Source: Trichinella spiralis
Lineage: Eukaryota
Reading direction: 5' to 3'
Assembly (NCBI RefSeq): GCF_000181795.1
Contig: NW_003526944.1
Location: 2,869,504 to 2,918,932, forward strand
DNA length: 49,429 bases
Shown: positions 13,305 through 26,845 of the stretch, piece after piece
How positions within the stretch are numbered: position 1 is the first letter of the stretch
Layout: every line of letters starts with the position of its first letter
Program-made: the position numbers and the translations under genes
Notes under the pieces: generated by a model
The model's database searches: none
What the model was told of the DNA's origin: nothing
Seen by the model: the letters and a program-made list of their open reading frames with translations, nothing else

Positions 13305-13537
13305 CTAAAAGAAAAGTAGGTTTAATTCATGTCTTACTGTACAAAAATTTTGCATTTCAAAATAAAATTGTAAATCGAAACTCAAATATTCGAGTTATTC
13401 ACAATCAAATATAAAGGATGTGTTTTACAATTCGGTCAAAAAAGTGACTGCACATAGTAAGATTCCTGATTTGGCTTGTTTTAGTTACGGTTTCAAATAC
13501 AACAAAGCAGATTCATCAACAGTCATTTATTCAACAT

Positions 13538-14059
13538 TCATTTCAGACGATTCATTTTGCGTGCCAGCTTCATGCCTTTCTTCGCTGAGGTTTCTGTTTC
13601 ATATAGAGAAGGCTGAAATATCCAGGGAGCCAGAACACCGACCCAGAGTTTGTATATAACAAAACATGGACAAAGCAAATACAACGCCCAAAAGTATGCA
13701 TGTATAAGAGACAACAGTTGAAGGATAAATGACAGAATAATTGCATCTTTGCAATATTCGCTAATGCCTCCTTCTAAATTTAAATCAACTCCACCATCCA
13801 ACAAGTGACCAGTATCACTATAAACTGGCTTGGCCAAGTATCTCATAAATTGCAAAGCAGTAATTTGGATAATCACTGAAATTATGTACAACAGCCAACT
13901 TTTTGAAAACACGTTTCCATCAGTAAATAAAAAATAATGAATTAAGAAATGACAAACACATCCACATGAACTCATTATTAAATAAAAAATGAAAGTTGAT
14001 TTGTTTTCTTCCACAATCTTTTTCTGTCCTTTAGCCATCTGCTTTCCTTTCGTCGCCAT
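13538..14059 (-). CDS. TMEM208: Transmembrane protein 208 (SND2), intronless CDS
   Basis: MATKGKQMAKGQKKIVEENKST N-terminus, AKPVYSDTGHLLDGGVDLNLEGGISEYCKDAIIL, LAPWIFQ and basic C-terminus KLARKMNRLK match the TMEM208 family. Confidence 0.93.
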   Translation of the reverse strand: MATKGKQMAKGQKKIVEENKSTFIFYLIMSSCGCVCHFLIHYFLFTDGNVFSKSWLLYIISVIIQITALQFMRYLAKPVYSDTGHLLDGGVDLNLEGGISEYCKDAIILSFILQLLSLIHAYFWALYLLCPCFVIYKLWVGVLAPWIFQPSLYETETSAKKGMKLARKMNRLK

Positions 14060-14776
14060 TTTTTGCTAAAAACGTTCTCTGATGTAACAAAAATTATAAA
14101 ATTTACTCAGTGAGACTAACCTACAAACAAATATTTTCCTATACTTCTGAATTTAAAAAAACAAATTGAAAGAATATAAATATTAGGTAGAAAAGTATAC
14201 AACCGTAGAATTCTAATAAATAGATCGAAAACTTACATTAACAATACAGACGTAAATGGGAAAAGAAAACAGCGATTACAGTCTTAGTGATGATGATGTT
14301 TAAAAATATTAAAATTTTTGTTCACTGTGGCATTTTAAGAAATGAATTTATAATTAAAATGAAAAAATAAAACTGTAATGTCACATTATAAAAATAAATT
14401 TATTAAAAGTAGATAAGCACTTTTTTGCATTCTTATATTTCATAAATTGAATAAAATTTTTTATTATTTAATGTATCAGATAAATTCATTGAAAATTAAT
14501 GCTATTTCCGTAACGCACTCAGATAAAAATCATAATAGTTTTATATCATAGTTGCTTTTGCAAACACGTTTATACAATATGTAACATGAACATAATGGCC
14601 AAAAATTTAATAGAAAAGACGTAATTGTGGAATGTTTATTAATTCATGATATAATGTTAAAAAATTTTTCATTTCATAATACTAAGGTAAATATCACTTT
14701 TTAATAATTTTATCAAAACCCAATCCTATTATACGCGAGGAAATGCATAGCAACATTTTATTACTATAAACTCTTC

Positions 14777-14917
14777 AGCTTTGCGCAGAGGCGATACCGT
14801 AGCCAGTGAGGTTCTACCGAGGTGCGGTTATTGCTGGTTGAAAACTTTAACCAATTCCCCGCCTTAAAAGTCTGAAAAACGGCTTTTAATGGCAATTTTT
14901 GAAAGCCCGAGAGGGCA
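14777..14917 (+). ncRNA. U4: U4 spliceosomal snRNA
   Basis: AGCTTTGCGCAG 5' end (U4/U6 stem II), CGTAGCCAGTGAGGTT..CCGAGG kink-turn stem, TGCTGGTTGAAAACTTT, Sm site AATTTTTG and 3' hairpin GCCC-GAGA-GGGC, all colinear with metazoan U4. Confidence 0.95.
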
Positions 14918-15259
14918 TCGTTTCTATTTTATCTTATCGGAAGGTTTATCATAAAGTTATTTGTTATCGCAATTTGTTAGAACACAGATAGTAATTGTTA
15001 ATGTGTGAATTATGAAAATTTGCGTAAAGTATTCGTATATTTATTTACTGTTTATTACTATAACTTATCATAATTTATAAACAGTTCTCATTTACACAAC
15101 AAAACTCATGATGTAGTAGACATTTTATTAAATGGTTCGTTCGTTCGTTTCGCAGGTATAAAAGAGTAACCCAAAACAAAGTCATGTGTATAATGAATGT
15201 TCATTTGTTTAAGTAGAAAAATTCAAGTTATGAACTTGTCATAAAAATAACACGCACAA

Positions 15260-15955
15260 CTACAGTTCGTCCGGTTTAGTGGAATGTACGACATTACTTT
15301 CTAGTTCTTCAAGTTCGCCACATTCTTCGCAGAGAGATTCTCGAATGCCAAAATCAATGCAATTTTGACCAACACACTCGCAACATCCTGTATGAAACCA
15401 ACGGTAAGCAGAAGCTCCCATGCTTGAACAAGCACTTCGACATTTTTCCACAGATAAGCATTGTTTCAGAAAAGCAACAGTACAATTCACATTTATTAAA
15501 CTTTCCATTTCTTCACGACGCTGTTCAATGTTAAATTTATAAAAGAAGCCCGGCTCCAAAGTGGGAAAAGAATGCACAGTCCACTTTGAATCCGGCGACA
15601 AAGGTTGGGCAGTGACCAATTCAAAAAGACTTATTTGATCTTCTGCTGGATTCAAAGATTCAACATAACTTCGCATTGCCATTCTTGGGTCAACAGGAAC
15701 CGAAGCACGGCATAAACCCACGCACGAACAACAATCGGTGAATAATTCACCCAAACAATGAAAACAATCCTTGCAACAGGAACAGTTTTTATTCACTAAA
15801 TCTTCTGGTGTCATTGAGCAATTACAACTCTTGATCAGCATACATTTTGATACTCGTGGACCGCAGATTGCTTCACTACAACTGAAATTCCGCGTCAGCA
15901 GTCCAAAACTACCAACAAAAAGGTATAAAAACGTGGCAAACAATAAGATACTCAT
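15260..15955 (-). CDS. TWSG1: Twisted gastrulation protein homolog (BMP modulator), intronless
   Basis: Signal peptide. N-terminal CSEAICGPRVSKCMLIKSCNC..CSCCKDCFHCLGELFTDCCSCVGLC and C-terminal CTVAFLKQCLSVEKCRSACSSMGASAYRWFHTGCCECVGQNCIDFG are the two diagnostic Tsg domains. ATG at 15955. Confidence 0.95.
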   Translation of the reverse strand: MSILLFATFLYLFVGSFGLLTRNFSCSEAICGPRVSKCMLIKSCNCSMTPEDLVNKNCSCCKDCFHCLGELFTDCCSCVGLCRASVPVDPRMAMRSYVESLNPAEDQISLFELVTAQPLSPDSKWTVHSFPTLEPGFFYKFNIEQRREEMESLINVNCTVAFLKQCLSVEKCRSACSSMGASAYRWFHTGCCECVGQNCIDFGIRESLCEECGELEELESNVVHSTKPDEL

Positions 15956-16748
15956 CACAGTTCGATAAGGCACTAATGCAACTTATGATACAAAAACGGA
16001 ACGTTCAAAATTCAATCTGTTTGAATTTTTTGCACTAAAAGAAAGCAATTAAAAAGCTATAAACGCTACAGTGAAACTAAAAATCAAGATCAATTTAAGA
16101 AGCGCCTTAATATTTCACAAACGAAACTTTTACAATTCCATTTCATAATATACATTGCTGTTTCAATATAAATTTCAAAATTAATCACTGTTACAATTTT
16201 TAAATTTTGACATTAACCATCTGCGACGCAACCTTACAGTTCGAGTGGACAGCCGTTGTATTTTAAAGACTGACTTTCCTAACATGCAAATATCATCTAA
16301 TAGTGCTTTTATATTTTAATTTTGTCAATATTATCTTTATTTATACTAACGTATCATACATTTTTACTGTCTTTTGCTGGCAAAACTGGCACTTAAAATT
16401 TACTTATTTAAATTTTTGTAAAAGCTATTTTTTAACTTATTTTTTAAATAAATGCTGAATTTTTAAAATAATTAAATTATATAATCGCTTTAATAATTCT
16501 ACATAAAACTAAGAATTCTAGACACCAGTGTATGGTTTGGATTTACTGTAATGCTAACTTGACTTTTATTATATGATTTTTGTAGAAATATTTTTTCTAC
16601 AGAAGTGTTTATTTTATAAGCTGTAACGATTTTTATTATTTATTATATTGTATAATATTTATAGTTGTTTTTTATTATATTTCATAAGTTTTAGTAAAAT
16701 GTGTTCACAATTTAGTAGTCACATGTTTATTTGTTTTCAGTATTCATC

Positions 16749-19700
16749 ATGTTGGTCACCAGTTTAAACGATGTAAAAGTATATAATTTAAGTGCTGGAA
16801 GATCACTCCCAGACGTAAGTTATTCAATGTAAAATATGTTTACATTATAAATAACGCATTTTCAGTGGTTGTCCGATCGTAAAAGACGCAGGTTAATTGG
16901 CAAAAGTGTTGGTAAGCATTTCATTTAGCGCATTTTTTATGGTAGTAATTTTTTGCTTGAAAAGGACTGCAAAGGCGAATTGAACTGATTCAAGATTTTG
17001 CCATGCCAGACGCCAGCGATACGGTTGTTATGTCAAATGATGGAAAATACATTTACGCAGCCGGTGTGATAGTTGATGCAAATTTACCTGTACTTTTTTT
17101 ATGGCGCAATGTATTTTAGGTACGTACAAACCAAGAATCCGTTGCTATGATGTGCAGCAGCTTTCTTTGAAATTTGAACGTTGCGTCGATAGTGAAGTGG
17201 TTAAAATGAAAGTTCTCAGTGATGGATATGAAAAGTTGGTTATGATGGAAAAAGAGCGTTGGCTAGAATTCCATGTTCAATATGGTCATTACTTTCGAAC
17301 ACGTATTCCAAAATTTGCTCGTGATTTCTCATACATTGAATCAACTGCAGAGTTATATATAGCAAACTCTGGGTTAGAAATCTGCTTAAACTGCTTTTCC
17401 TTTGGAATATATTAAGTAATTTACAGGCCAGATATTTTTCGACTCAATTTGGAACTTGGTCAGTTTAATACTTCACTGAATACATCAGCCTCTTCGTTGA
17501 CTTCTTGTGATGTAAATCCTGAACATTATCTTTTTCTTGCTGGCACATACGAAGTAAGTATTATGATTATATATATGTAATATTTGTGTGCATGTTGTTT
17601 ATTTTAGGGAAAAATTCTTGCATTCGATCCACGGGTCTCAAAATGTGTTGGTGAATTAAATTGTACTTCTGTTGATCAAATAAAATTTTCGAGGTAGAAT
17701 TTACTTTAGAAAATTTTTTGTAAATTATTATTTATTTGCTACATTTTACACTGACATTTTATACTTGATATAATTTTTTGCTTCTGTATTTTTTATATGT
17801 TGATAATGATTCTTTGCATGCTATTATTGATATTTCAGAAACTCAGTTCCATTTGTTTCGTGTTTAAAGTTTAAAAATGCTTTGACTTTTGCTGCTGGCA
17901 TGGAAAACGGTTTGGTATGTTGAGAGTGAATTTTTATTTTGTATTTGTTATGAAATCAAATTTTATATTACTTAGGTAATGTTGTACGATATCCGAGGTA
18001 CAAGTCCTCTGTTAGTTAAAGATCATCAATATGGGAAACCGATTAAAGCGATAGCTTTCAACCATCAACCTGAAATTGTTTTGTCTGCTGATTGTAAAAT
18101 TGTAAAATTATGGCACGAAAGAGATGGAAAGCCATTCACGTCAGTTGAACCGAACGTAAAAATAAATGATTTATGTGCTGTACCTGATTCGGGTAAACAG
18201 AAATAAATTAGCAAGGTGTTCGTCGTATATTTCCGTTTTTTATATGCTTTATCAAATAGGAATGTTTTTCCTCGCCAATGATTCACAAAAAATTCTCACC
18301 TATTATATTCCAAGTTTGGGACCGGCTCCTTCGTGGTGCTCGTTTTTGGACAATATTACTGAAGAATTAGAGGAAATCAATCAAGCAGGAGGTTCATACT
18401 TTTATATTTATCAATAGTAGTATTTGATTAGTTTTATTTTTGTGATTGATTTTTCAGTTTTTGACGATTATAAATTTGTCACTGCAAACGAATTGGCAGA
18501 GTTAGGTTTGAGCAGTTTGATTGGAACCAATCTGCTTCGAGCCTACATGCATGGATACTTTATTGACAATCGCTTGTACAACAAATCAAAGCAGCTTTTG
18601 AATCCATTTGCATACGATGAATATAGAAAAGCAAAAATTCGCGAAAAAATTGATGAAGAACGAGGAAATCGTGTAAAAGTCGTGGTAAGCATTTTTATTT
18701 TTAAGCAGTTTTTATTTTATGAAATATTTTTTGTTGGTTTTTTTAATTCTGTCATGTATTTTGAAAAAAATTAACTTGAATATCTAATAGAAGTGCAAAT
18801 TTTTATTTAAGAAAAATATATTATTTATTATATTGAATTAAACAGTTGAAATGTTGGAAATTTAACGTCATTTATTTATTTATTATTTGTTAGAAATTGC
18901 CATCGGTAAATAGAGAATTGGCCGAACGGTTAATGATGGAAGCAAGCATGTCTGAGAAACCAAATTATCCAAAGCGTTCGAAGAAAAAGCACATACCTGA
19001 GCAGAACTTAATGCAGGATAGTCGTTTTAAAGATTTGTTTGAAAGATCTGACTTCCAGATTGATCCGGAAAGTGATGAATTCAAGATGCTCAATCCCGCG
19101 TTAGTGAAGCTTCAAGAAGCCAAACGGGACAAGCTTCGCAAATGGAAACAGGAAAACATGGATGTATGTAAACTTAATTATTTTTTAATATTAAATGTTT
19201 TCATTTGTTTCCGTTTGTTTTAATGTTGATTTTTGATTAGGATGAAGAGGAAAAGCAGATGAGCCGTGAAGCATCAGAATCATCTGAAAACAACTCGAGT
19301 GTTGAAGAGAGCAGTGAAAGCTCTTCAGAAGATGATGAACAATTTCGACAGGTTTGTGAATTTTTAATTTATTCTGTTCGGTTCGGTTCAAACACGTTAA
19401 TATTGCATTTATCCTGCGTTCCAATATACTGTAATGTTAGTACTATACTTGGAGTAAAATCTAAGTAACCGCTACAGTTAGCATAAATGTTTTTTTGCAG
19501 AATATCAAAGAAACATATCGAGAATTGAGAAATGCCAAATCCACGACGAGGAATCGAGATTTTTCTGACGAAGAAGAGGAAAAGAAGTTGCATTCATTTT
19601 CAAACGTCAGATTTCTGGAAATGTCGAATTCTGGAGCGGTTTACGGTTCCGAAACATCTCTCAATGGTGACGAATGGAAAGAGTAGGTTTTTGAAGAAAC

Positions 19701-20044
19701 GGTCAATATTTCACTACAAATTGAATTGCTTTTTTTTCTACGCCTATTTTTAGCGTCCCAATTGAGAAGCGATTGTATATGCAGCCTGCATCGCAAAGTG
19801 CCAAAGTTTCTAGATTGCAGAATATGGAAATAGTGGCCCAAGTGAAGCCGGTGGGATTTTTTATTTTAATAGTTACTGTTGTCAGTTTTTGTTTTCATTT
19901 AATGATAAACAATTCTATTCTGATCTACAGAAAAGCGTACAAGAACGAGAACGACGACAGGAATTGCACAGACGAGAAAGAATAGAAGGGAGAAGATCAG
20001 CAGCTGCTTTGAAAAAGAAGAACTTTTCGTCACAACGACGATGA
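16749..20044 (+). CDS. NOL10: Nucleolar protein 10 (NOL10/Enp2), multi-exon
   Basis: MLVTSLNDVKVYNLSAGRSLPDWL, RRIELIQDFAMP, GTYKPRIRCYD, YYIPSLGPAPSWCSFLDNITEELEE, LLRAYMHGYFID, NUC153 DSRFKDLFERSDFQID and C-terminal RRSAAAL. Confidence 0.95.
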
Positions 20045-20121
20045 AGCAATTCACACAAACAAGAAAACAACAAACAAACAAATAAATAAATAGAAATAGG
20101 ATAAACGAATGTGGTGAAAAA

Positions 20122-21736
20122 TCAGTCGATGACTCTCCTGCGTAGGTATGCTTTCAAGGTGTTTGGAATATCGAATTGGTTGATAGTTTTGTTGGTGCAG
20201 AGATTCTGCTGTTTTGTCTTGTTGCAACGTAGGCGATTTTGAATAAAAACCCGACACAGATGCTTCAACGACTCTGGACTGCTTTTGGCTAACCAGCATT
20301 TAAATTCACCGTCTTCAGGTATGGATTTTTGATACGACAACATCCAAGTGGCGAAACCGAGCGAATCGCATCCAGCGTTTAGAAGAACCTTAATGCAGCT
20401 GAGCTGTCGACGAAGCATTTCTCGAATGTCCGCTGTTGTGCCTTGAAATCCTCTATTGATGATTGGTAATACGCAATAGTAAAATGGCGTGAATGATCTT
20501 AAAAATGTCAAGCTTGTTGTGATCTTATCAGCTTGTGAATGGGAAAGAGGTTGCTTATTTACTTTCTGTCCATCATGTCTGGATCTGCTTTCCATTTGAT
20601 CAATAATTCTGCAATTTTCGCAGCTCCACAAGCGGCCGCATAGTGCAAAGGTGTTGCACATTCCAGATTGCGGGTATTTACCTGTAATTGAAAGTCGTTT
20701 AAACCGTCTTCAGAGAATTACGGGTAAACAAGAAGTAAACTTCGCCCAATCTGTCATTCAGATTGTGTATTTTGACAAGATTAACTGCTTTTTATAATTT
20801 CATTTTTTACATGAAAAAAACTTCAATTACTTTCCCACCATATTGAAGCATAGTAGATACGCACTTTACATTGTTGTGGATAAGTGCATTGAGACATAAA
20901 ATGTGCAATGGAGTGTTGCCGTTGTAATCGCAGTGATTCACCTGCGCTCCTGGATATATAAATTGAAATCAAAATTGGAAATCAATTTTCAAGTCGAAAT
21001 TTCACCAGATGAAGCAAGTAATTCAATCATTGCTTGTCGACCGTGATAAGCTGCTTTGTGCAGCGTTGAGGAGCCGTTGACGTTGACAAACAGCACATTA
21101 GCGCCAGCTTCAATTAATGCCTAGAAAATATTTCAGATTTGAAAATGAAGTATTTTCTCATCCGCTGTTGTTGATTTATTTCACAACTCAAGAATGGCAA
21201 TATCAACACAACTAAAGCAAAAAGTCACGAATGGAAAGTTAACAGAAGAAACTTTTTATGGCAATTAAAATTATATTTAGCAGACGAGTATAAGACGAAT
21301 ATATCATAATTCAGTGTTAGCATGCGTGAAGTTGTACATGAATAGAAAGCTGCAAAATTAATCAAAACACTGTTTCAACAGAGAATCTTTCAGAATAAAT
21401 AAAATTATATCTTAATTTCAAAGTATACTGTCATACTTTAGCAATGCTCAAATGATTGAGAGCAATCGCTTCTTCTAAAGCAGTTAGTCCATTTTTGGCG
21501 CTTGGGTTCTCGTGGTCCCACCAAGGATAATTGACATCTACGCCTAAAACTAAAAAATATAGACATCTAAAAAAAGGATGTTTCCATTCATTGCCTGCTT
21601 CAATGACACGCATCAGAAGGTTCATATCGTTTCTCATAACTGCAATATGAAGATCACGAACCGATGATGGCATACGTAGAAGAACAGGTACGTCAATTTC
21701 CCGACGGCGCCACAACTGTGACTGTTGCTCACCCAT
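20122..21736 (-). CDS. Ankyrin repeat and SOCS box protein (ASB family), multi-exon
   Basis: Ankyrin repeats LHIAVMRND..IEAG/VDVNY, GLTALEEAI, ALIEAGANV..STLHKAAYHGR, GNTPLHIL, and a C-terminal SOCS box SPESLKHLCRVFIQNRL..INQFDIPNTLKAYL. Confidence 0.85.
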
Positions 21737-22535
21737 AGCTAAAATTCCCAAACTTATTAAGTTTTATCTGGCTATTTAAAAATTTATCGCAAAAGTTTAC
21801 ATCTTAAAGCTATCTGCATATCAATATCAAACTGTTTAAGAACCATTCCCCAACTATACTTTGTCAACAGTACATAATTTATCACTAATCTGCATAATTG
21901 AAAATTCACTGTAGAATAAACTGTGGAAAAATATAATATTAAAATAGGATGTGTGTATTACCTTTAAAGTGCGCCTTTCATGATAAAGAATTCATTTCAA
22001 TTTTTCAAAATGAGAAACTCATAGCATACTGTAAGATAGAACTTAGGCTTTTATGTAATTCAAGTTTTAGAAAATAAATGCACATATTATTTTGTCTTTA
22101 AGAAAAAGTAATTGTTTTGAGCATAATTTGGACTTATTTTATTGCAAGTTTCGGTTAGTGACGTTCAAAAGTCGCTACAATTAATCTGAGAAATAAATAA
22201 ATATCTACATAATTGGATATTCGACTCTCCCCAACATGTATGCAGTTATGCCTATTTTTGAAATTTATTGTTCAAACAAAAGTTTCTTTTAGCTTCTTAC
22301 AATTTTCATTGTTTACATAATTTCACTATCTTTCGAAATGCTTTCTTATTTGTTTACTGAAATCTGATCTGATGCATCTTACAATGTTCATACTTTTTGT
22401 GTTTAAAGTTTTATTGTAGAAATAATTAAAATATAGATCAGTTGAAAATTAATTAATTAAAGTTGTTTTGAAGCAATGAATAAATTCGTTTTAAAAAGAA
22501 ACATATTTGCAACATTGCAACATCACAAATAATGC

Positions 22536-23575
<1,040 letters not shown>

Positions 23576-24520
23576 TTTCCCTTGTTAGTATATTCACATG
23601 TAGAGAAGCATAATAAATAGTGTGCAAAACTAGTTTAATGCATTTAAACCATTCAAAGCAGCTGATCGTGCAGGTAGAACAGTAGAAACAGCAGAAACTG
23701 AATCAACAATCATTTTGTAAACAATTTTGCAATTTACTAAAATCAATAAATTTTTCAAACATGCTAATAATTGACATTAGTAATGTGATATCAGTTTACG
23801 TTGAAGTGAACAAAATTTGTTTTCTTCAATCATGTATAAAATGCATATGCAACAGCATTTTTAACAATTAATTTGTAACATTTTGCATTGTTAATATTTA
23901 TTATTATGGGAAATTATTTGTATAATATTGTTTTACAATAAAATACATTTATTATATTTCTTTTTGAAAATTAAAAAAGAAAAATTTAAACTTTCAATAA
24001 TGATCAGTTGATGTGCTGAAATAATTCGTAATGCGTTGATTGTTTTGTCAAATTATAATAAAGTATTTTTTAACCTTTATGATCAAAAATGAAACATTTA
24101 CATGACATTATTATTTTCTTTAAAATGAATAGTAGAAAAATAGAAAGTATGCGCAATTTTAACAGCTGACAACTGTTATAGGTTGAACAGTTGACAAGCA
24201 ATTGATCAATGTTTGTTTGAAACAATTTCACCTTTCTGCTCTGATAATTTCGTCTACGCAAGCAACAAACTTCGAGTCAACATTTATTTCTTTAGCTTTC
24301 CATCAAATTAAAACTACATGTTATTACTTTGATTTGCAATTTTTATTAATAAGAAAGAAAAATTGAAAACAGACATCATCATCAACAGTAATAAGAATAA
24401 TTAAATTGTTGCAATACAATTCACGAACACAACGCTAATAAAAGTTATTCATTTCCTGGCAATAATCACTTATGATTTATTTATTACATACAACAACAAA
24501 ATTTGCATACAGAATTAAAT

Positions 24521-25336
24521 CTACAGTGCTCTTTCAAAGTGAACTAAGTAACCTTTGGCAACGATTACGGATCGACACTGATCCATTACCGTATAACGAC
24601 AGGCGTAAATGGCTTTCCACGAGCTGGCTAGCTTTTCTGGTATTTGAAAACAATCCACAAATAAGTCGTTCACTTGTTTATCGGTCAAGAATGGATGTGG
24701 ATCCACGTGACAGATCAAAGATATATCTTTCGATTTTGCATAATCAGTCAGTTCTTTGGTGAAATTACAACCTTTGACTTGCGCTACTTTCGGCTTCAGG
24801 CGCCCTTGGAGTCGATCGAACAATGCTTGAAGATCTTTGTCGTTCAGGTCAGCAACGCCGGCTTCGTGGATCAATCCCCTTTTGTGCAGCTCTTCAATAG
24901 CGGGCCAGACGAGTTCGAACTGTTTCGCTAACGGCAGCTTGGATTTACTGTATTGAAGCGGAGGCAACGCCACGATCACTTGGTCAACAGCTTGCAAGTG
25001 CAATTCATTCAAAGCGCTTTCGGTGCAAACGCGAACCGCTTCCGGATCCGGTGACGAAAGAAACACCTTCACAACAACCTTGTTGATCAAATTTTCATGC
25101 ATTTTCACATTCAATTTTTCCAAAGATTTCCAATTTTTGATAAGCGCAAATTTGCTTTCGTCAAGCGGATCGCTTGGTTCCGTCTGCCAACGGGCCAACT
25201 GTATCCGAAGAGATTCCACCAGCTCGGCCGAAGGATCGCTGAAATCACGACTGCGAAACGTTTCACCGCTGGTGATGTCTCCGGTGTGGACGCGAAATTG
25301 ATTGGCATTTTTCAAAAAGTCCAACAAATTCACCAT
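24521..25336 (-). CDS. GCLM: Glutamate-cysteine ligase regulatory (modifier) subunit, intronless
   Basis: Aldo-keto-reductase-like fold with RVHTGDI, VVKVFL, VWPAIEELHKRGLIHEAGVADL, KELTDYAKSKDISLICHVDPHPFL and RYTVMDQCRSVIVAKGY. ATG at 25336. Confidence 0.88.
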   Translation of the reverse strand: MVNLLDFLKNANQFRVHTGDITSGETFRSRDFSDPSAELVESLRIQLARWQTEPSDPLDESKFALIKNWKSLEKLNVKMHENLINKVVVKVFLSSPDPEAVRVCTESALNELHLQAVDQVIVALPPLQYSKSKLPLAKQFELVWPAIEELHKRGLIHEAGVADLNDKDLQALFDRLQGRLKPKVAQVKGCNFTKELTDYAKSKDISLICHVDPHPFLTDKQVNDLFVDCFQIPEKLASSWKAIYACRYTVMDQCRSVIVAKGYLVHFERAL

Positions 25337-25953
25337 AAGTTGTGCTGTGCAGGTCGAACAAAACAAGCACAATGCTTACTTTTCATAACACTGTACTTTA
25401 AATACATTGTTATTAAATTACTCGAACATGAGTTACATTTTTGTATAAGTACTGTATTTGTAATATGAAATTTTTTCAAATCATCTCTACTGATTGATCA
25501 ATTGTTGATTATTTTTGGTATCTAGTAGATGCATTTTAATATTTATTTTGTAAAAATTTGAGCAAATAAATTTGAAATTATTGAACAACTTTTTCTATTG
25601 CATTTCCATTGTCAAAGACTTTTTTTTGTTATTTCATGTTATCAATTAATATTTTATAATTATATTTGCGTGCAATATTTGTTGCTAAACATTTGAAATT
25701 TCTTCTTGAAAATCAATATGACTGTATTAAAAGGTGTGTTTTCATTTTTTTGACGAATGATATTTATCAACCAATCCTTCTATTGGGAATATGTTGTAGA
25801 ATGAATGATTCATTGAATTATTTTATTCAATATTGTTTTATTTTTTCATTTGCTTTCTATCGTTTATGTCAATATATGCAATGGAAGAATTGTTCATTTT
25901 TTCGAAACTCTGTTTCAGGAGCTGCATCTTATGCAAATGAATGCACTATTCAT

Positions 25954-26720
25954 ATGAAAAAATTGCTTTGTTCGGTTCGAAATATGCGTCCTAATTGTTC
26001 AATGCGAAGCTTTTCCGTTATTTTTGTATGAGAATTCCAGTTTTTTCAAACTGTTTCAAATATGAATTGATTTAGCGGATGAGACGGTATTACTGTAATG
26101 AACGAAGTGATAATAAAGTGGATGCTAATAAAGCGCCCCCTCTTTGGGAAAATCCTTGGTTTTCTCCGGACGAAACGTACAAACGGGAGGTAGTGGAAAG
26201 TAAAGAAGAATTCAAATGGGTGAAAAGACTGTTTCCGAAAACAATAATTCCTGATGTGCCCAAACATGATTCCTATCCAACACCATCCGGATGGATGCTA
26301 CCAAAAGGTTTGCATAAATTTGCTCTTCATTTTTATAATCCAATTTCAAAACGTATGCAGATCCTCCATTGCCACTGCCTTACTATATTCGTCGAACACG
26401 TTATAACTTGTTTCCAATATACAGTGAAATGCGTCGCGACGAACTGAATCTGACGACAATGGAATTTTCTTTAGTGAAGCTTATAATTTTATACAAAATT
26501 GACGGCGACGTCTTTGTAATATTTAAAGTTACTTAATCATGTTTGAATTTTCTAATGATTTTCTTTTATGTAGGCGTGTGAAAAAGATTTGGTTGCTTTT
26601 CTCGAAGAGAGGCTCGGTCGCAAAATCGCTTCGCATGTTAACGAACCACAAGGAAAAATTCGAATACTAGGCGCAGAAGTTGTCGATATTGAACAGTTTC
26701 TTCTTAAAAATGGGTTTTAA
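25954..26720 (+). CDS. MRPL49: Mitochondrial ribosomal protein L49 (mL49/Img2), 4 exons
   Basis: Arg/Ser-rich presequence, [59 protein letters not shown] and [13 protein letters not shown]. Confidence 0.92.
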
Positions 26721-26845
26721 TAAAATTTTGATTTCATATTTTTCTCATTATGTACGCGCAATGTCTTGTTGACATGAAAGTATCGGTTGTTTTGTTTGAA
26801 TAATGTTTCCTTTACAAATTAACATATTATACGTGATTACTCAGA

